From Tubulanus polymorphus (lineage: Eukaryota > Animalia > Nemertea), in contig NC_134036.1 in assembly GCF_964204645.1 (NCBI RefSeq), positions 4,370,600 through 4,434,599 on the forward strand: a stretch of DNA of 64,000 bases, written 5' to 3'. The notes under the pieces were generated by a model. That model was not told where the DNA came from, made no database searches, and saw nothing but the letters and a program-made list of their open reading frames with translations. This document shows, piece after piece, positions 1 to 13,775 of this stretch (position 1 is its first letter; each line of letters begins with the position of its first letter). Both the position numbers and the translations under genes were made by a program.

Positions 1-494
1 GGCTACGGCTTCGCCATGTTCGGGCTTTTTATTTTTCATGGTCAATTTGCAATTAGCTTTGTTTTCATCTGTTTCTTCGAAATGCGGAAAAGCCGGATCG
101 TAACTTCAAACGCTATCTACGCGCGTCCGAAGTCCGAAGATTATATAGCTCAAAATGGGCGAAACGGTCAAGGTCATTTTTCTGCCTACGGTTAATGATT
201 CGAATTGTGTCAAGGTCTTTTAAGTCTCTACTAGGAACTCCAAGAACTACAAGAAGAAGTGGCTCGAACAGGTAATTACATTAACACGAGTAACTTTCAT
301 CTAGATTTTTCCGCTTACTAAATCAGAAATTAGCCGTAAACCCATATCGTGTCTCTTAATGAACTCGGATTGATGCGTATGGTTTACATACGGCGCAAAT
401 TTCATTTTCGACATTCGCGAAATTCGAGAAATTACGGATAGATTGCGATTCCGAAATAGAAAAGAAATCTGGGATAGTCTCCCAAACGCTCGCA

Positions 495-1037
495 CTAGCG
501 ACCCTAGCGGATCCTCACTTGCCACAAGCGGAATCCTCGATTGCCGCAGTCGAACGCGGAGATCAAAATCATTCGCACTGTTTTGCCGTTTTCCTTTTCA
601 CTACTCTACACCGGTCGATCGAATAACGAAAGAAGATGAATAATAGATTATACGCTCGAATCGCGATTAGAAGCAAAACAAAAAACCCGTCGATATTGAC
701 GGCGCAACGTCGCGGTGCCCGACCGCGCACCCCAACGGCAACAAATAAGGCAAATATCGACCCGATGTTTAGCGGCACAAACACGACATCGCCGGCGCAA
801 TGTATACACGCCACCAACCGCACACACACACACACACACACCAGCCTCGCCAACCACTCTATCTCTCGAAGCTGATGGAAATTATCGAAAACGGCTGGGA
901 ACCGAACAGGTGGTCGCCGTATCGCGTTATAGTCTCGCATTGTATCGTGTATACGGTTCGCATCGTAGAGCGAAGAACCGCCAACGCTATCGCGGCACTC
1001 CGCCCGTGGCAAGCGAGGATCCGCTAGGTTCGCTAGC
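495..1037. repeat. ~31-bp inverted repeat pair (CTAGCGACCCTAGCGGATCCTCACTTGCCAC ... GTGGCAAGCGAGGATCCGCTAGGTTCGCTAG) bracketing ~480 bp; member of a dispersed motif family
   Basis: Arms at ~495-525 and ~1007-1037 are near-exact reverse complements. Related motifs occur at ~31077, 55493, 57723, 57798, 57915 and 57983. Confidence 0.75.
821..841. repeat. (CA)n microsatellite
   Basis: Direct reading. Confidence 0.9.
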
Positions 1038-2072
1038 AGTAGTTAGTCTACCCATCCGCGTTCAGTTTCTCAATTTTCACTAAATTTCATTGAAAATCGA
1101 ATGAACATTTCCTTAAAACAACCGAAAATGGTTATCTGCGTTGTTTAAATTCGATAAATTTTTTCAATCCGCTATAGTTTTAACTTTGACGGATTCAAAT
1201 TCAATCGATAGCCTTGGAGCTGGATGCAAGACATAAAATCACGTATCATATAATTTGTTCTTCTCACCGAATGCCGGGTATGCTAATGGAGAAACACTAC
1301 AATCACCGAGATCATGGCAATCCTAAACTATAGCCTAGAAAGCGGACTGTCCCGCTCAACAAGTTGGCCAATAGGTAAACGAGTTCTTCGAAAAAAACCG
1401 CCAGAAGTACACGCGTTGGTAAGCGATAAACAAAACCGTCTTTCGCTAACGAGAATATCTACGAAATTATTCCGAAATCCCCAATCGAAATATTCTAGTG
1501 GACTAATAGCCATCGTCGGAAACTCTGGAAAACTTGTCCGGAATGCGCTAAGCGAAACATCACGAACGTATACGCATTATAGGAACGCCTTATACGAAAC
1601 CTTGAACGAGTTGTTATCGCAATCTCGGCGATATCGTGAAGAACATATTCGGTTACTAAATGAAATACACGATACAGTTGTTGTTGTCTATGGGCTAATG
1701 TTGATTATCGTCGGCTATATCCGCACGACATTATAGAAGTTTACAACGCGAATGCTCAAATCGCGTATAGTATAATGTTTGTTTTCTTGTGCTGGCGCGC
1801 GCCTAATGTCTAAGAGTAATCCGATCTCTCTCGAGAGATCCGCGCTGGCGAAATTCAATTCGTCCCTAATCGACGAAGACAATATGCTCAGTTCGTTCAA
1901 CAACGTGGTTATTATCGTGATTATCATGAGTATCATCGCGAAGGACTTAATCAGGTCGAGTTGATTCTCGATGGCTTCAGCCCCCACCCAACTTTCATTT
2001 CTTCTATTTCGTCTTTCGTCTTGCGCTTCGGAACTCCCTCCCACATCTATGCGCGTTGCTTCCCGCTACATC

Positions 2073-2215
2073 TACAGCGGAACCTCGTTGTTCACGAGAC
2101 CAGTATAAACCTTTTCGTTATAACCGATAGTTCGTTATATCCAATTTGAAATTATATCAAAATCGTTCTCTTCTGGCAAGGTTTTTTGACAACTGATACA
2201 TTGTCATAACCGAGG
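2073..2215. mobile_element. Degenerate Tc1/mariner(pogo)-like MITE remnant
   Basis: Begins TA-CAGCGGAACCTCG and contains CGTTATAACCGA motifs. A related remnant ending CCACTG-TA lies at ~49470-49641. Confidence 0.4.
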
Positions 2216-3392
2216 TAGTCTTAATCTATCTTCCTTATCTCGTATCACCTGATTCTCCATAATCTCCCATCCCCTTCTTTATCTCGGATTTGCTGATGGC
2301 CCATTCCCTGCCTCCTACCCTAGCCCCTTTGTCCCTAACGTCTCTCCAAAGCCCTCTCTATAAGACTATCTCTCTCTTCTCCATCTTCTATCTCTATGCC
2401 CTTATTACATACGAATGCTCTCCAATGCGAACATTATGATATCACCACCCCGCGGACCCCCGTTCTATTTTAGCCCTCTTCGTTTCCCGTTCGTTTTTCC
2501 TGTATCCCCCACCCGAGACAAAGCGGCCTCGAGCCACTGCGGTATATCGAAGAAAATATCTATTTCATAATGGAACGCGGCGGGCGCTCGTAATGATAAT
2601 AATAGGAACGACGGACGGAGATGCGCCGAAACGACACAAAGACGGCCTTCGATTATAATTAGACGTATGGAAAAAAACGCTGAAAGGGAAAGTGCTTTTT
2701 CGTCGGTATAGCAAACAGTAATACGGTTTAGAGCGTCGAGTGCGTGTTTGATATTTGATATGTATATTCTCAGGGGTGAGTCTATTATTTCTTCAAACAG
2801 GCACGGCGGCCGCAGAAAAAAGGGCATGCAACTACACTTCATGATCACCAGCGCCGTGAGAGTACCGATGGTGCGTAAATCGGTGGGATCTTCGAAAATC
2901 TAGACTTATTTTAGTGACTTTTCAGCGCTTCCGATCTCATAATCTTCGTTATGGAAACTTCTTTCGAAACTATTGATTCATCTACAGACCTATCGCCATG
3001 ATTGGGGACAGAAACATTAAGTGCACTCGGTAAACTTTAGGCGGTGCCCTGGATATGCCCATGAACCCGCAGAAAATCTATTTCTGTAAGATCGGGAAAA
3101 AAATAATTAATTTCGAAATATCGTCAGAAATTTTTCAATCGATACACATAAGAGTGCTTATCCGTGTGGGTTTTTAAAGCAAGCTTTTATATTGCCACTT
3201 ACTCAGGCATCGGATGAATGAAAAATAAACAAAGCGATGAGAAGGACATGGAAAAGGTTTGTGGAGAATTTGTGAGCGAAAATCTATGGATTTTACTAAG
3301 ATAGGTATAAATGATTACGTATAGAATGCCGACGTGCAACATAATGTCGTCTTCTTGCCTGGTGAAAGTATTAAACAGACAATGCCGTAATA

Positions 3393-3706
<314 letters not shown>

Positions 3707-4582
3707 CCCCTCCGCCACTCTCGAAAGACCGAACGAAAAGATCTATGCACGATTTGGCATCGTTAATCCGGATGGCTGGAGGCGGGTTCGAATGATGCAT
3801 GAGATCATAGGAATAACGACGGAAAACGTCTCACGGGGTGGCTGAGAATTTACGACGCGTGATTAAGATGGGCGATTGAAATTTATTCAATTTCGAATAC
3901 GATTTTGCATCCGAGGAAAAATTCGAGAATTTTACAAGTTTCTAAGCAGGACGAGTCCTTCATGCGTATATAGCTTATAAGGCGCGCAGATTTTCGGATT
4001 TGTTTGCAAGGGAATAAGTAACACGAGTTCCAAGGGTAGTCAGAGCAGGCTTCCGTAGTGTGGGGTACAAGTTTGAGTCTTGTGTCTAAGGCTTAGTGGA
4101 TAAGGAGTTTGCGAGCCAAACGATGGCGGAAAAAACCCGCAAAACCAGTTGTCCCGCCAGATGGCGTGACGAGCAGTAGGTCTTCCGTTGTCGAAATTAA
4201 CATTATTAGAAGCCAAATCGAGCCGGCCAAAAAGTCAACTTCGAGTTCTGACGTCATCGCTAATTGCCGCAAATCGATGAGCTCGAGATACTTCAAGCCG
4301 GATATCCGGTTTCGATTAAAACTTGTTAAATATGCTAATCATTACCGAGACTGCGCGGTGGTTATATGCCCATTAATGAACTGAGCGCGTTAATTCGTTA
4401 GCGAAAATTGCGATAATTGCCGAGGTGCTGTTGCCGAGAAATCCGATCGGAAATGCGCAGTGCCTAATTCGGCTTAAGACCGACGCGGATAGTTTGTGTT
4501 CTATGTTTAGGCAGAGGGCACGCCAGGTCAATCTTTTAGATTACAGCGTCCCGGGCGGGTAAGGATTAACAGTTCGATCTAG

Positions 4583-4852
4583 TGGAGGTTTTCCCAGAAA
4601 TCCACAATTCGGTCCGGCGAAGATCTCGCCCGGAGGAATCCTTAATTCGGTCGGGGACGAAGAGCTCTCCCAGAGGAATCCTTAATTGGTGGATCGGGTG
4701 GAAATCTTCCCCGGAGGAATCCTCAATTCGGTCGGAGGTGAAGAGCTTCCCCGGAGGAATCTATAATTCGTGGATCGCGTGAAGATATACCACGGAGGAA
4801 TCCTCAATTCGGTCGGTAGAAAATCTTGCCCGGAGAAATCCTTTATTCGGTC
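4583..4852 (+). repeat. 36-40 bp minisatellite (TCCTCAATTCGGTCGGGTGAAGATCTTCCCCGGAGGAA-like), ~7 diverged units
   Basis: Tandem units visible; same family in opposite orientation at 26955-27165 and 60250-60570. Confidence 0.9.
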
Positions 4853-7800
4853 AGTTAAGTGTTAAATCATGAAAAGAATCCCCATCCGGATCCATGTATT
4901 CATGATATAGAAAATTAGTAATAAGTAAGAAAAATCCAGTATTGCTGAAGATGACTATCAACAGTCGAAATTTTGATTTAAATGTTGGCCCAGAAACTGT
5001 CCGGACTCCTCGCGGGATTTTAACTGCAATTTTCTATCGGTAAAGATCGTGATTTAGGGATTTCGAAGAGGCAATGTATATATTATATAGAGAGAGAATG
5101 TTAAAGTTCATCGTCGAGATTACGCTCGGGCAATTTCGCGTTAAAGTAAATCCGAATTTAAGTAGACGCTCGCGCGCGCGCTCACATCTCTCGCAGGACG
5201 ATACTTCAAAATCATCGACGTCGTCGAATTACTCCCCAGAGGGCGCTAAAACCCGATTTACACATCACGCGACGACGGGAATCTCGCGAGAACGACGTGA
5301 ACGCCGTTGCGCCGAGGCTCGATCGCGCTGTGCGCAACGCGCATGTGGACAAAATAGAAATCGCGAAATTGGAAAATTGAATTCGTCGAGAATTCGAATC
5401 CCGTCGAGAGTGTTGTCACCGAGAAATGCGCGAGTGTCGGCGTAAAGCGTATAGCAGCACTCGACGAGTAAATCTCTACCGACCGGCACAGACGACGACT
5501 GTTACAAGCGATAAAAACGACGAGCTGTCATCAGTCGAATTGTAACGTGAAAAACGAAAACAATTTCGTCCCGAGTTGTTCAGATATTAACCCTTTAACC
5601 AGTCAAAAAGTGTACATGGTGACAGGATACTTGAATCGATAGCGCCTGTCTTGTGGAACCAGACCTGGCCTGAAGATTGGGCGAAGTCCATCGGTTCAAT
5701 GCTTTAAGGGGAGGTCGTGTTGAAAGTGACGAATCGGGGAATTGTTACCATTAAACAGCCGAGGTTGTATACGGCGGGGTCTTGAGAAAGTGACAGAAAT
5801 TCTCAAAATGGAACAGCTTTTCATTTGGTGCTTTTATATTGACTTTTTGGACAAGAAAGTGACTTTTTGGTATGAAATTAGTTCTCCACAATTATCGGCC
5901 CCTAGATCCGCCTCTGCTGAGAATAAAAACGAGTTCGAATATGTTTCCTTCGTCTAACGTAACAATCTATTCAAAATTCGGCAAAATCCTAACAGTTATT
6001 CTGACTTCAGGAATAGTACAAAATCTGAGAACGATGACCATCGGGAATCGTATATACGTCAATATACTCTTGATATAATTCGATCAATTCTACTTAAGCG
6101 GATTTCGCTCGCACTATATAAAGATCGATGTGAGATCATTTTTCGTTCGATATAACCGATTGAATATCGAAAGACCGGTTGAAGACCGTATCGGTTGTTT
6201 ATTCAATCCATCAATATCGAAGACCATTGTAAGCCAATTTCGGCTGTATAGCCACTCTAACACAAGACCGGTCTTAGCGCCTTTTATGGTAGTTTCGATC
6301 TGAAACAATTCTTAAGACTAGTCCAAGCTCATTGCGGTACTCAACCGAATCTTACACTTGAGGATCAGTCGATGCCCAACTTCGTTTAATAAAGACAGCC
6401 TAATGCGTGGCAATCTAAGCGTAAACAAACTTGACACTTTTCCACGAAAGTTGGCTTCGAAGCCACGGTGCCGATTAACAATTATGCCTGTCGACCAGAC
6501 ATCGCAATCAGGCCGACGACAATATAAAACTCAATCCAGCCACGGGGGAGAGGACGCGAGGACTAATCAAAATCGACGACTAATTCTCCCGAATTCTGAC
6601 AGTCGCACGAAGACCACCCAGCACGCGACCGCCGAGAACGACAGTCGAGCGAGTGTACCGCTGGCAGGCGAGGAGACGCGATCGACCCTGACAGCAGCGG
6701 CGGCGGCGGCGACAAATCCGATAAAAAATATAATCGAAAGCGCGTTTTTTTTTGTCGTACGACACCACTCCCGAAACAGGGCGCGCGGGGGAGGGGGCGG
6801 CTCACGACGACGACAACGACGGCGTTTCAATCGAATTATAGATCCGAATCGAAATCCGAACCTGCCCCGGTGAGCGAGGGTCGATTTTAACTCGCTTATA
6901 ATCAGCCGCCGAACGCGCGGCGAATTAAGATGGAAATTAGATTTGCAATTTCGTCGATCGCGTCGCAGAGTAGGAGAATTCAGAGCTCGCCAATCGAATT
7001 ACCATCGGATTTAGCAGTTTTTCTTAAATTTTCGAAAACGTATTTTTTTCTTCTGTTTCTGTTGTTTGTTATGGTCGATACCGCTCGGCGTAAAGGCCTA
7101 TACCGTGCGGGGGCAACGCTAACAATTTCAAAATCCCTATTTCAAGATTAACAATTTTGAAATCATCGCGAATTAAAGAAAAAGCGATATTTAGAAATCT
7201 TAACAACGTATATACACCTACCTGATGACATCATCATCATCCCACCACGAGTAAGTCGAATATGAAAAAAGAGAAAACAGGGAACAATTTGCATTAGTTC
7301 ATTTGAATATGGATAATATACAAAAAGGTACATTTTTTATCCTAAAATAGGGATTGACCCTGTTATTCATGTAATAGGTAGATTTCGTTTGATTTGTTTT
7401 GATTTGGTGTCCCTTATAAACCCACCACCCCTGCCGGGAACGAAACAGAAGGTTCAAAGGCACATAACTACACGGAGACTTAAGTCGAAAATCGACCTTA
7501 AGACTGGTTTTAATTAAGCTTAAGATCGGCTGTAGAAGTAAGATAAGCTTAGACCGGTTTAACATGACTTAATACATGGAAGTGACCGCAGACGCACAGT
7601 CGTGACCTACGTCCAAAATGGATGTTACAAAGCTAAGGACTGCTTGTCTTAAACCATTAGACCGGTTAATTAAACCAAGATGGCTTTATATTGGTCTTCA
7701 ATGTAAGCCATGACTGAGCAAATGGGCCCCGCGAAGATGTACCATTTTCAAAAGTAAAAAAAAAAAACATTCGAGTATTTTTCCGAGTTAGCAATTAATC

Positions 7801-8454
7801 TTCTTATTGCAATCTTACAAGATTATAGTCGTTTGTTTACTTAATCCAAGATGGCCGCCGTTCGAAAAAGCGAAACGTATAATTGCGACCTTTGTTCGCC
7901 GGTTCGTCCGCGTTCACGGAACCCATTTCCCCGATAATGATCAACTCACTCTCCTCTCCACTCTCTCTCTCTTTCATTACGGGTATCCCCGAGGGGATGC
8001 CCTCACGTCGTCGTCAGCGCCGGCTCGACGGTTACCTCTTGAAATCCCCTCGCGAACGCTATTCATCACAAACAGGAACGCAGTTCGGCGGATGCGAGGG
8101 GCGTCTGACTCACCGGCGAGTTCGAACCCAGGTGAACAAGCCTGCTCGAATCCCGGTCAGCTGGATGACGCTAATGTCCGCCGCCTTGTATTTGATAGTC
8201 CCTCGACAAGAATAAAGTAACAAATTCAAAACGTCTAAATGGGTTTGTATTTTGTTTGCGGTTTCGACTTTCCTAATAAGTCATCTTCAGAAATAGTCTA
8301 TGACGCCACATAATACCAGCATTTCTCAAGTTGCCCATCGAACATACGGATACGAAGGGTGAATCCTATTTTCCAAATTTACCTACACGAACGGGTGTTT
8401 CATCGATATTGAAAAATTCCGTTTGGAACATGGCTCGAATCTATAAACGCCAAA

Positions 8455-8802
8455 CAGGGTGGCCATAGTTCTATTTATGTGTAGCTGCGCGACCGGTCTA
8501 GTGTGGCAGGGTTTTGTACGGTGGCAATCTCGATGCCATCAGGTTCGAATCCCTGCCGGTGGAGGATGGCCGACAAGAACGTGGTTTTTTATGACTTGAT
8601 CTGCCAAGAATCCCGTCAATTAACACAGTCAAAAATACGTAAAACCGATAGACAAAAACTCTTTTTCACGCACGATATAGAAATCTCAAAAAAAATTCCC
8701 TGACCTATCTGTTGAGGCTTGTTTTTACAAAATACCCTGGCTATTCCTTGACTTTTCTAACGAAAAGATAATTCCCTGATTTCCAGGCAAGTGGCCACCC
8801 TA
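8455..8802. mobile_element. Non-autonomous TIR element remnant (CAGGGTGGCCA ... TGGCCACCCT) with internal TTCCCTGA repeats
   Basis: Terminal inverted repeats; same ends and internal motifs at 40489-40878. Confidence 0.5.
8480..8572 (+). mobile_element. tRNA-derived SINE-like head
   Basis: B-box GGTTCGAATCC at 8542-8552 with an A-box-like TAGTGTGGCAGG ~40 nt upstream. Diverged copies at ~27345-27405 and ~31510-31605. Confidence 0.5.
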
Positions 8803-9021
8803 TAAAATTCTCTGGTAGTTTGTTCCTCGTATCGCGGATTTTTCGTTAAAACAAGCATACACAGATTGAACAGGATTCGCATCCCCCTCGCGCGAGCGCG
8901 TAGTCACGGTAACATCGGTAATATGGGTCGTTCCGAGATTCGGTCGCTATGGCAACCGCGTCGAAGCGCTTCAAAACACGAAGTCGTCGCGATGAAGTAG
9001 CGGATGATGTACAAGTTTTAC

Positions 9022-9035
9022 CTATACTCGACGAG
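9022..9035 (-). CDS. Candidate 14-nt microexon (LVEY + 2 nt) of the putative minus-strand gene
   Basis: Acceptor ctccaactctctccag|CTCGTCGAGTATAG|gtaaaa donor; phase-0 start matches the end of exon 9105-9190 across a 69-nt GT-AG intron. Confidence 0.3.
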
Positions 9036-9104
9036 CTGGAGAGAGTTGGAGCAATGGATTATATTTTTTTTTTGTAAATGAAGGGTAGACCGCACCCTCC
9101 CGAC

Positions 9105-9190
9105 CTGTTCCATCGAGTCCGTATCTGAAGGACTGCACGTTGGACTTGGCGCCATCGCATTCTTCATCGAATAGGGAAAACTTTTTTTTT
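9105..9190 (-). CDS. Candidate internal exon, (E)KKSFPYSMKNAMAPSPTCSPSDTDSMEQ; product unknown
   Basis: Acceptor cacttttttttag| and donor CAG|gtcggg. Phase-1 start fits the donor at 17597; open frame with Ser/Pro-rich composition. Confidence 0.38.
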
Positions 9191-9239
9191 CTAAAAAAAA
9201 GTGTATTGCATTATTGGAATATTGGTTGCGAAAACGAAA

Positions 9240-9700
9240 GAGCAGCGAATAGAACTGACTCAATAGGTTCTAGGTGAACCCTCTCTCCTCTCAGCTGTAG
9301 CGGGAGAGCAGAGAGTAGAACAGACGCAATAGGTTCTCGGTGAACCCCCTCTCCTCAGAGCTGTATAGCGGGAGAGCAGCGAGTAGGACAGACGCAATAG
9401 GTTCTCGGTGAACCCCCTCTCCTCACAGCTGTAGCGGGAGAGCTGCGAATAGAACAGACGCAATAGGTTCTCGGTGAACCCCCTCTCCACATAACTGTAG
9501 CGGGAGAGCAGCGAGTAGGACAGACGCAATAGGTTCTCGGTGAACCCCCTCTCCTCACAGCTGTAGCGGGAGAGCAGCGAGTAGAACAGACGCAATAGGT
9601 TCTCGGTGAACCCCTCTCCTCACAGCTGTAGCGGAAGAGCAGCGAGTAGAACCTTGGAGTAATTCAGTCTGATTAATCCAAGGTAGAACAGACGCAATAT
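9240..9700 (+). repeat. 66-bp minisatellite (CAATAGGTTCTCGGTGAACCCCCTCTCCTCACAGCTGTAGCGGGAGAGCAGCGAGTAGAACAGACG), ~6 units
   Basis: Tandem units; 22-aa periodicity in the overlapping ORF. Confidence 0.97.
9653..9682. mobile_element. 30-bp palindromic micro-element (CTTGGAGTAAT...ATTAATCCAAG) with 7-bp TSD GTAGAAC
   Basis: Interrupts a 66-bp satellite unit; neighbouring units show the empty site GAGTAGAACAGACG. Confidence 0.85.
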
Positions 9701-10829
9701 GCTAGACCTCCCTTCAATAGCGACTAGCTGGTATAATCATGACACGGTACGACCTTCTAAGAAGCCGTAACACGATTAATCCGCCTCAACGAGGATTACC
9801 TGTATAGCGCGTATGTGTCAGTTTCATACACTGATTAGTATTGAGCCGGCTGAACAAATAACGGGTGGACATAAATCAAACCGCGTACACACACGGACTA
9901 ATTGATAATCAATACAAAACAATATTGAATACGGCGCAATTCATCTTTCTTCGTCTTCCCCGCGTAGCATCCTACTCCCTCCGCCCCTCCGCCCCGATGT
10001 TCGTTCTTTGAAGATATTCCGACCGATCGCCCCAACATCGTTTTCTAATCATCTTTCTATTTGCACCGCCCGTCGCGGTTAGCCCTCCTAGCCGCGATCA
10101 AACGAGGCCTTAAAGATTTAGAAGGTCGAAGAAATAAAAATACCGCAAATAGGCAATGAAAAACCGAGGAATTCAGTTGAATTAGTCGCGAAAGAAGAAG
10201 GCTAACAGCAATGGAGGAGACGTCGAAAATATAGATGGAATCGATAGAAAAAAAAGCCGTTAAGGAAATGGACGATATGCTAAAAACATACGGAAAAGGA
10301 TAAATGAAATCACTGGAACAGGTCGGTTGACTAAGATAAGATTTCTTTTCGTAAACCACTCTGCCTAATCGAGCGGGAATATTTCTATATACTACTTATT
10401 ATATGACATCGATTAGCGTTTAGCCGTTCTGATAGGTAAGATCGTTTAGGCCGGATCGATACACGAGCTGAGCTGCTGGTTACCGCTGCTGCATCAGAAC
10501 AACAGCGGCGGCGGCGGCGCCGGCATCTCTCGTCTCTCATCCCGCGCTGTCAGTCAATAAAACGACAATCAATCGACTGAACCGATTAAGTAAATGACGA
10601 CTTGTTTATCGTGCGCAATTTGTACGTATATGTATTGTATACGAGCGCAATATGGAATGGGAGATTACGGATTGTAATTAACCCTTTGTTCAGCGACGGC
10701 GCTTTGTCGTGGCGTTGTCGCTATTTTTGTTATAATCACGCCCCTGTCAGCTTTGTAACAGGATCACGGATATTTTATCACTGGGAATGTGAAGGTAGAT
10801 AGAAGCGCCGGGAACTCGACCGCAGCGTT

Positions 10830-11215
10830 GCAAGGAGAGAGGGTTCACCGAGAAACTTATATTTGTAATAAAATAGTCCAATAATGAAGCGTTGTTGAAG
10901 AAAATAAATTTCAATTTCAACTTTGTTTTTATATTCGCTGCTATCTGCAAGGACAGGGGGTTCGCCGATAACCTATTTCGACAGTTCCAGTCGCTACAGT
11001 GCTGCCATGATAGGCGGGTCACTGAGAACCCGTTGTGACTGTTCGACTCGCTGCTCTCCCGCTACACTGTGAGGAGAGGGGGTTCACCGAGAACCCATTG
11101 CGTCTGTTCTACGCGCTGCTCTCCCGCTACAGATGTGAGGAGAGGGGGTTCACCGAGAACCCATTGCGTCTGTTCTACTCGCTGCTTGCCCGCTACAGCT
11201 GCGAAGGAGAGGGGC
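10830..11215 (-). repeat. 66-bp minisatellite family, inverted copies
   Basis: Reverse complement of the 9240-9700 unit. Confidence 0.9.
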
Positions 11216-11718
11216 CCTGGATAACAACATTTCGTGCACGTCAAAAATCCCATCATAAACACAGCAATTCTAAAGAATAACGGCGATCTGCGCTTTCAAA
11301 ATCTAACGACAACTTTTTCGAAATGAACTCTATAAAAATGCGCTTATATCGGCCCCTATGGTACATTAGCTCGTACGTAAAAGGAAACTTTCTCCCGCCT
11401 CTCCGCTAGCGCCGCGGTTAAAAACATTTCCACTTCGCGTTCGTTAAATTACACCCGCGATATTTCGGGGGGCAGGTGCGCGCCGAGTCGTTTTCGAAGA
11501 TGTGGCCACGCACGCACGGCGAATCGCGTGATGGTCGCCATTTTTTCTCGAGTATAAACCTGTCTCTCGTCGAAAGCTTTAACGCAGACGGCAGACGCAT
11601 TAAAGTATATCATCGATAAATGAAACGAGATGTCTTAAATTTTGATGAAGCCGCGCACAGCGAGTGATATTATCTACGTCACGTAACTATGAATCCTTAA
11701 TGCGGGGACTTGGGTTTG

Positions 11719-12500
11719 AATACCGCGGTACAGGGGTCAGTTACTGAAAGATTGTTTAATGTAAATCAGAATTTAAATACCGCGGTACAGGGGTTAGTTA
11801 CTGAAAGGTTGTTTAATGTAAATCAGAATTTAAATACCGCGGTACAGGGGTCAGTTACTGAAAGATTGTTTAATGTAAACCAGTGTTTAAATACCGCGGT
11901 ACAGGGGTCAGTTACTGAAAGGTTGTTTAATGTAAACCAGTGTTTAGATACCGCGGTACAGGGGTCAGTTACTGAAAGGTTGTTTAATGTAAATCAGAAT
12001 TTAAATACCGCGGTACAGGGGTCAGTTACTGAAAGGTTGTTTAATGTAAACCAGTGTTTAAATACCGCGGTACAGGGGTCAGTTACTGAAAAGTTGTTTA
12101 ATGTAAACCAGTGTTTAAATACCGCGGTACAGGGGTGAGTTACTGAAAGGTTGTTTAATGTAAACCAGTGTTTAAATACCGCGGTACAGGGGTGAGTTAC
12201 TGAAAGGTTGTTTAATGTAAACCAGTGTTTTAATACCGCGGTACAGGGGTCAGTTACTGAAAGGTTGTTTAATGTAAATCAGAATTTAAATACCGCGGTA
12301 CAGGGGTCAGTTACTGAAAGGTTGTTTAATGTAAACCAGTGTTTAAATACCGCGGTACAGGGGTCAGTTACTGAAAGGTTGTTTAATGTAAACCAGTGTT
12401 TAAATACCGCGGTACAGGGGTCAGTTACTGAAAGGTTGTTTAATGTAAACCAGTGTTTAGATACCGCGGTACAGGGATCAGTATGGAAAGGTTGCTTAAT
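11719..12500 (+). repeat. 57-bp minisatellite (AATACCGCGGTACAGGGGTCAGTTACTGAAAGGTTGTTTAATGTAAACCAGTGTTTA), ~13.5 units
   Basis: Highly homogeneous tandem units; 19-aa ORF periodicity. Confidence 0.99.
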
Positions 12501-13614
12501 ATCAACCAACGTTTAGATATCCCGATATAGCAGTCTTATTTGGAGAGATCTTTACCCAGTTTTGGAGCCTACCTGTAACCAACCCCTTGTTATCTATAAC
12601 CCGTGATTAAATGTAGCATTATTCCGTTATCAGTAATCTGAATTATTTGAATAATGCGCACTATACCGAGCTTGTCAAAATTAGATTTCGACTAGTAGGT
12701 AAATATCGTATCACTTCAGTAGCGCGGGCAGGAGGAAGGGTATAGACTTGTCGATGCGTGTGGCTCGTGTGTACCTGACGTCGAGGTGTCAAATATTTAC
12801 CGAGTTAAGTAGTACCACTGGTTACAGCAAACAGGAATACATGAGGGGACAAAGCGCGCGGCGATATTCAAGATGAATATGCAAATTGCGTGCGCTCACT
12901 TCGCTGCTGCTGCTGCTGCGCGATGATTTAATGTTACGTAGTTCAATAATGCGTGTTGACTTATAGTCAATCTTAAAGTCATGGGCGTTACATTTTCGAC
13001 GAATTGGACTCCGAAACGATAAGTCCACTAGCTTTATTTAGAGTTTGTCGTAGAAGATACGGAAACAGGGGGTTCAGCATCGCGGTTTTGAACTTTAATT
13101 GGTGGGGTGGTCTTATCACCATTGATAACTTCATTATTTTTACCGAGGTAAACAGTTCGAACTCAACAGTTTCACGATACCGAAACCGGGTCCAGAGATG
13201 AGTTCGTCGCGTATGCTCAGTAGATATTCAGTAAAATGACAGGTCGATCTTTGGATCTTCGCGCATAGTACAGCCGTTCATAGAACCGACGTCGCGAATT
13301 GATAGAGTCAACAAAAACCGAGTCTTTTAATCGCTCATTTGAAAATTGTCGTTTTGCCACTGACGAATCGTCGGAATTGACTACAGGGGTTGGTTGCATT
13401 GTCGTGAAGTCAAAAAGTGTGGTCTAAAATCGGTCGTAGACTGATCTTCAGCGGAAACCATTAGTAAAATATCTATAGACCATTCTAAAATGATTACGAA
13501 GAAAATAATATCAAGCGCCAAAATGTGTCATTAAGCTACTTACTAGTTTATCCTCATGTTCCGGCCATATTCGAATAGTCATCTCGAGGAAATAGGTGTA
13601 GACGTATTATCGAC

Positions 13615-13775
13615 TACGAGTATTAGAATATAGTCGAAACGTTGAATAAACTACTAGCTCAATGAATACAGTATTTCCGAACAAGATGACTGTTAAACTA
13701 CTAGCTCGAGGAAACATTTTCGGACCTAATATTATGTTTTTTTTCCGTTATTATTGTGGGATTCTCTTTACACAT
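13615..13775 (+). mobile_element. Penelope-like terminal repeat remnant with degenerate hammerhead motif
   Basis: TAGTCGAAACGTTGAATAAACTACTAGCTC unit plus a tail shared with the 35535-35800 and 62572-62792 copies. Confidence 0.55.

Noticed and set aside
6358-6873. 171-aa + strand ORF
   Set aside because: TTG start and low-complexity GC/GAC tracts typical of the non-coding islands.
8114-8170. Possible minus-strand exon RHPADRDSSRLVHLGSNSP, faintly like the AP-2 N-terminus; LVEYR faintly like Dachshund
   Set aside because: The donor (GTGAGT) is good but the in-frame acceptor lacks a pyrimidine tract. No diagnostic downstream motif (PPYFPPP or DD1 box) was found, so no gene name is assigned.
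8480-8572. tRNA gene
   Set aside because: A B-box is present but no convincing cloverleaf, and diverged dispersed copies indicate a SINE-like repeat.
11710-12516. Repeat-protein ORFs or CRISPR-like array (also 9260, 34254, 61640)
   Set aside because: The units are contiguous with no unique spacers and no cas genes are present. Open frames arise because unit lengths are multiples of 3.
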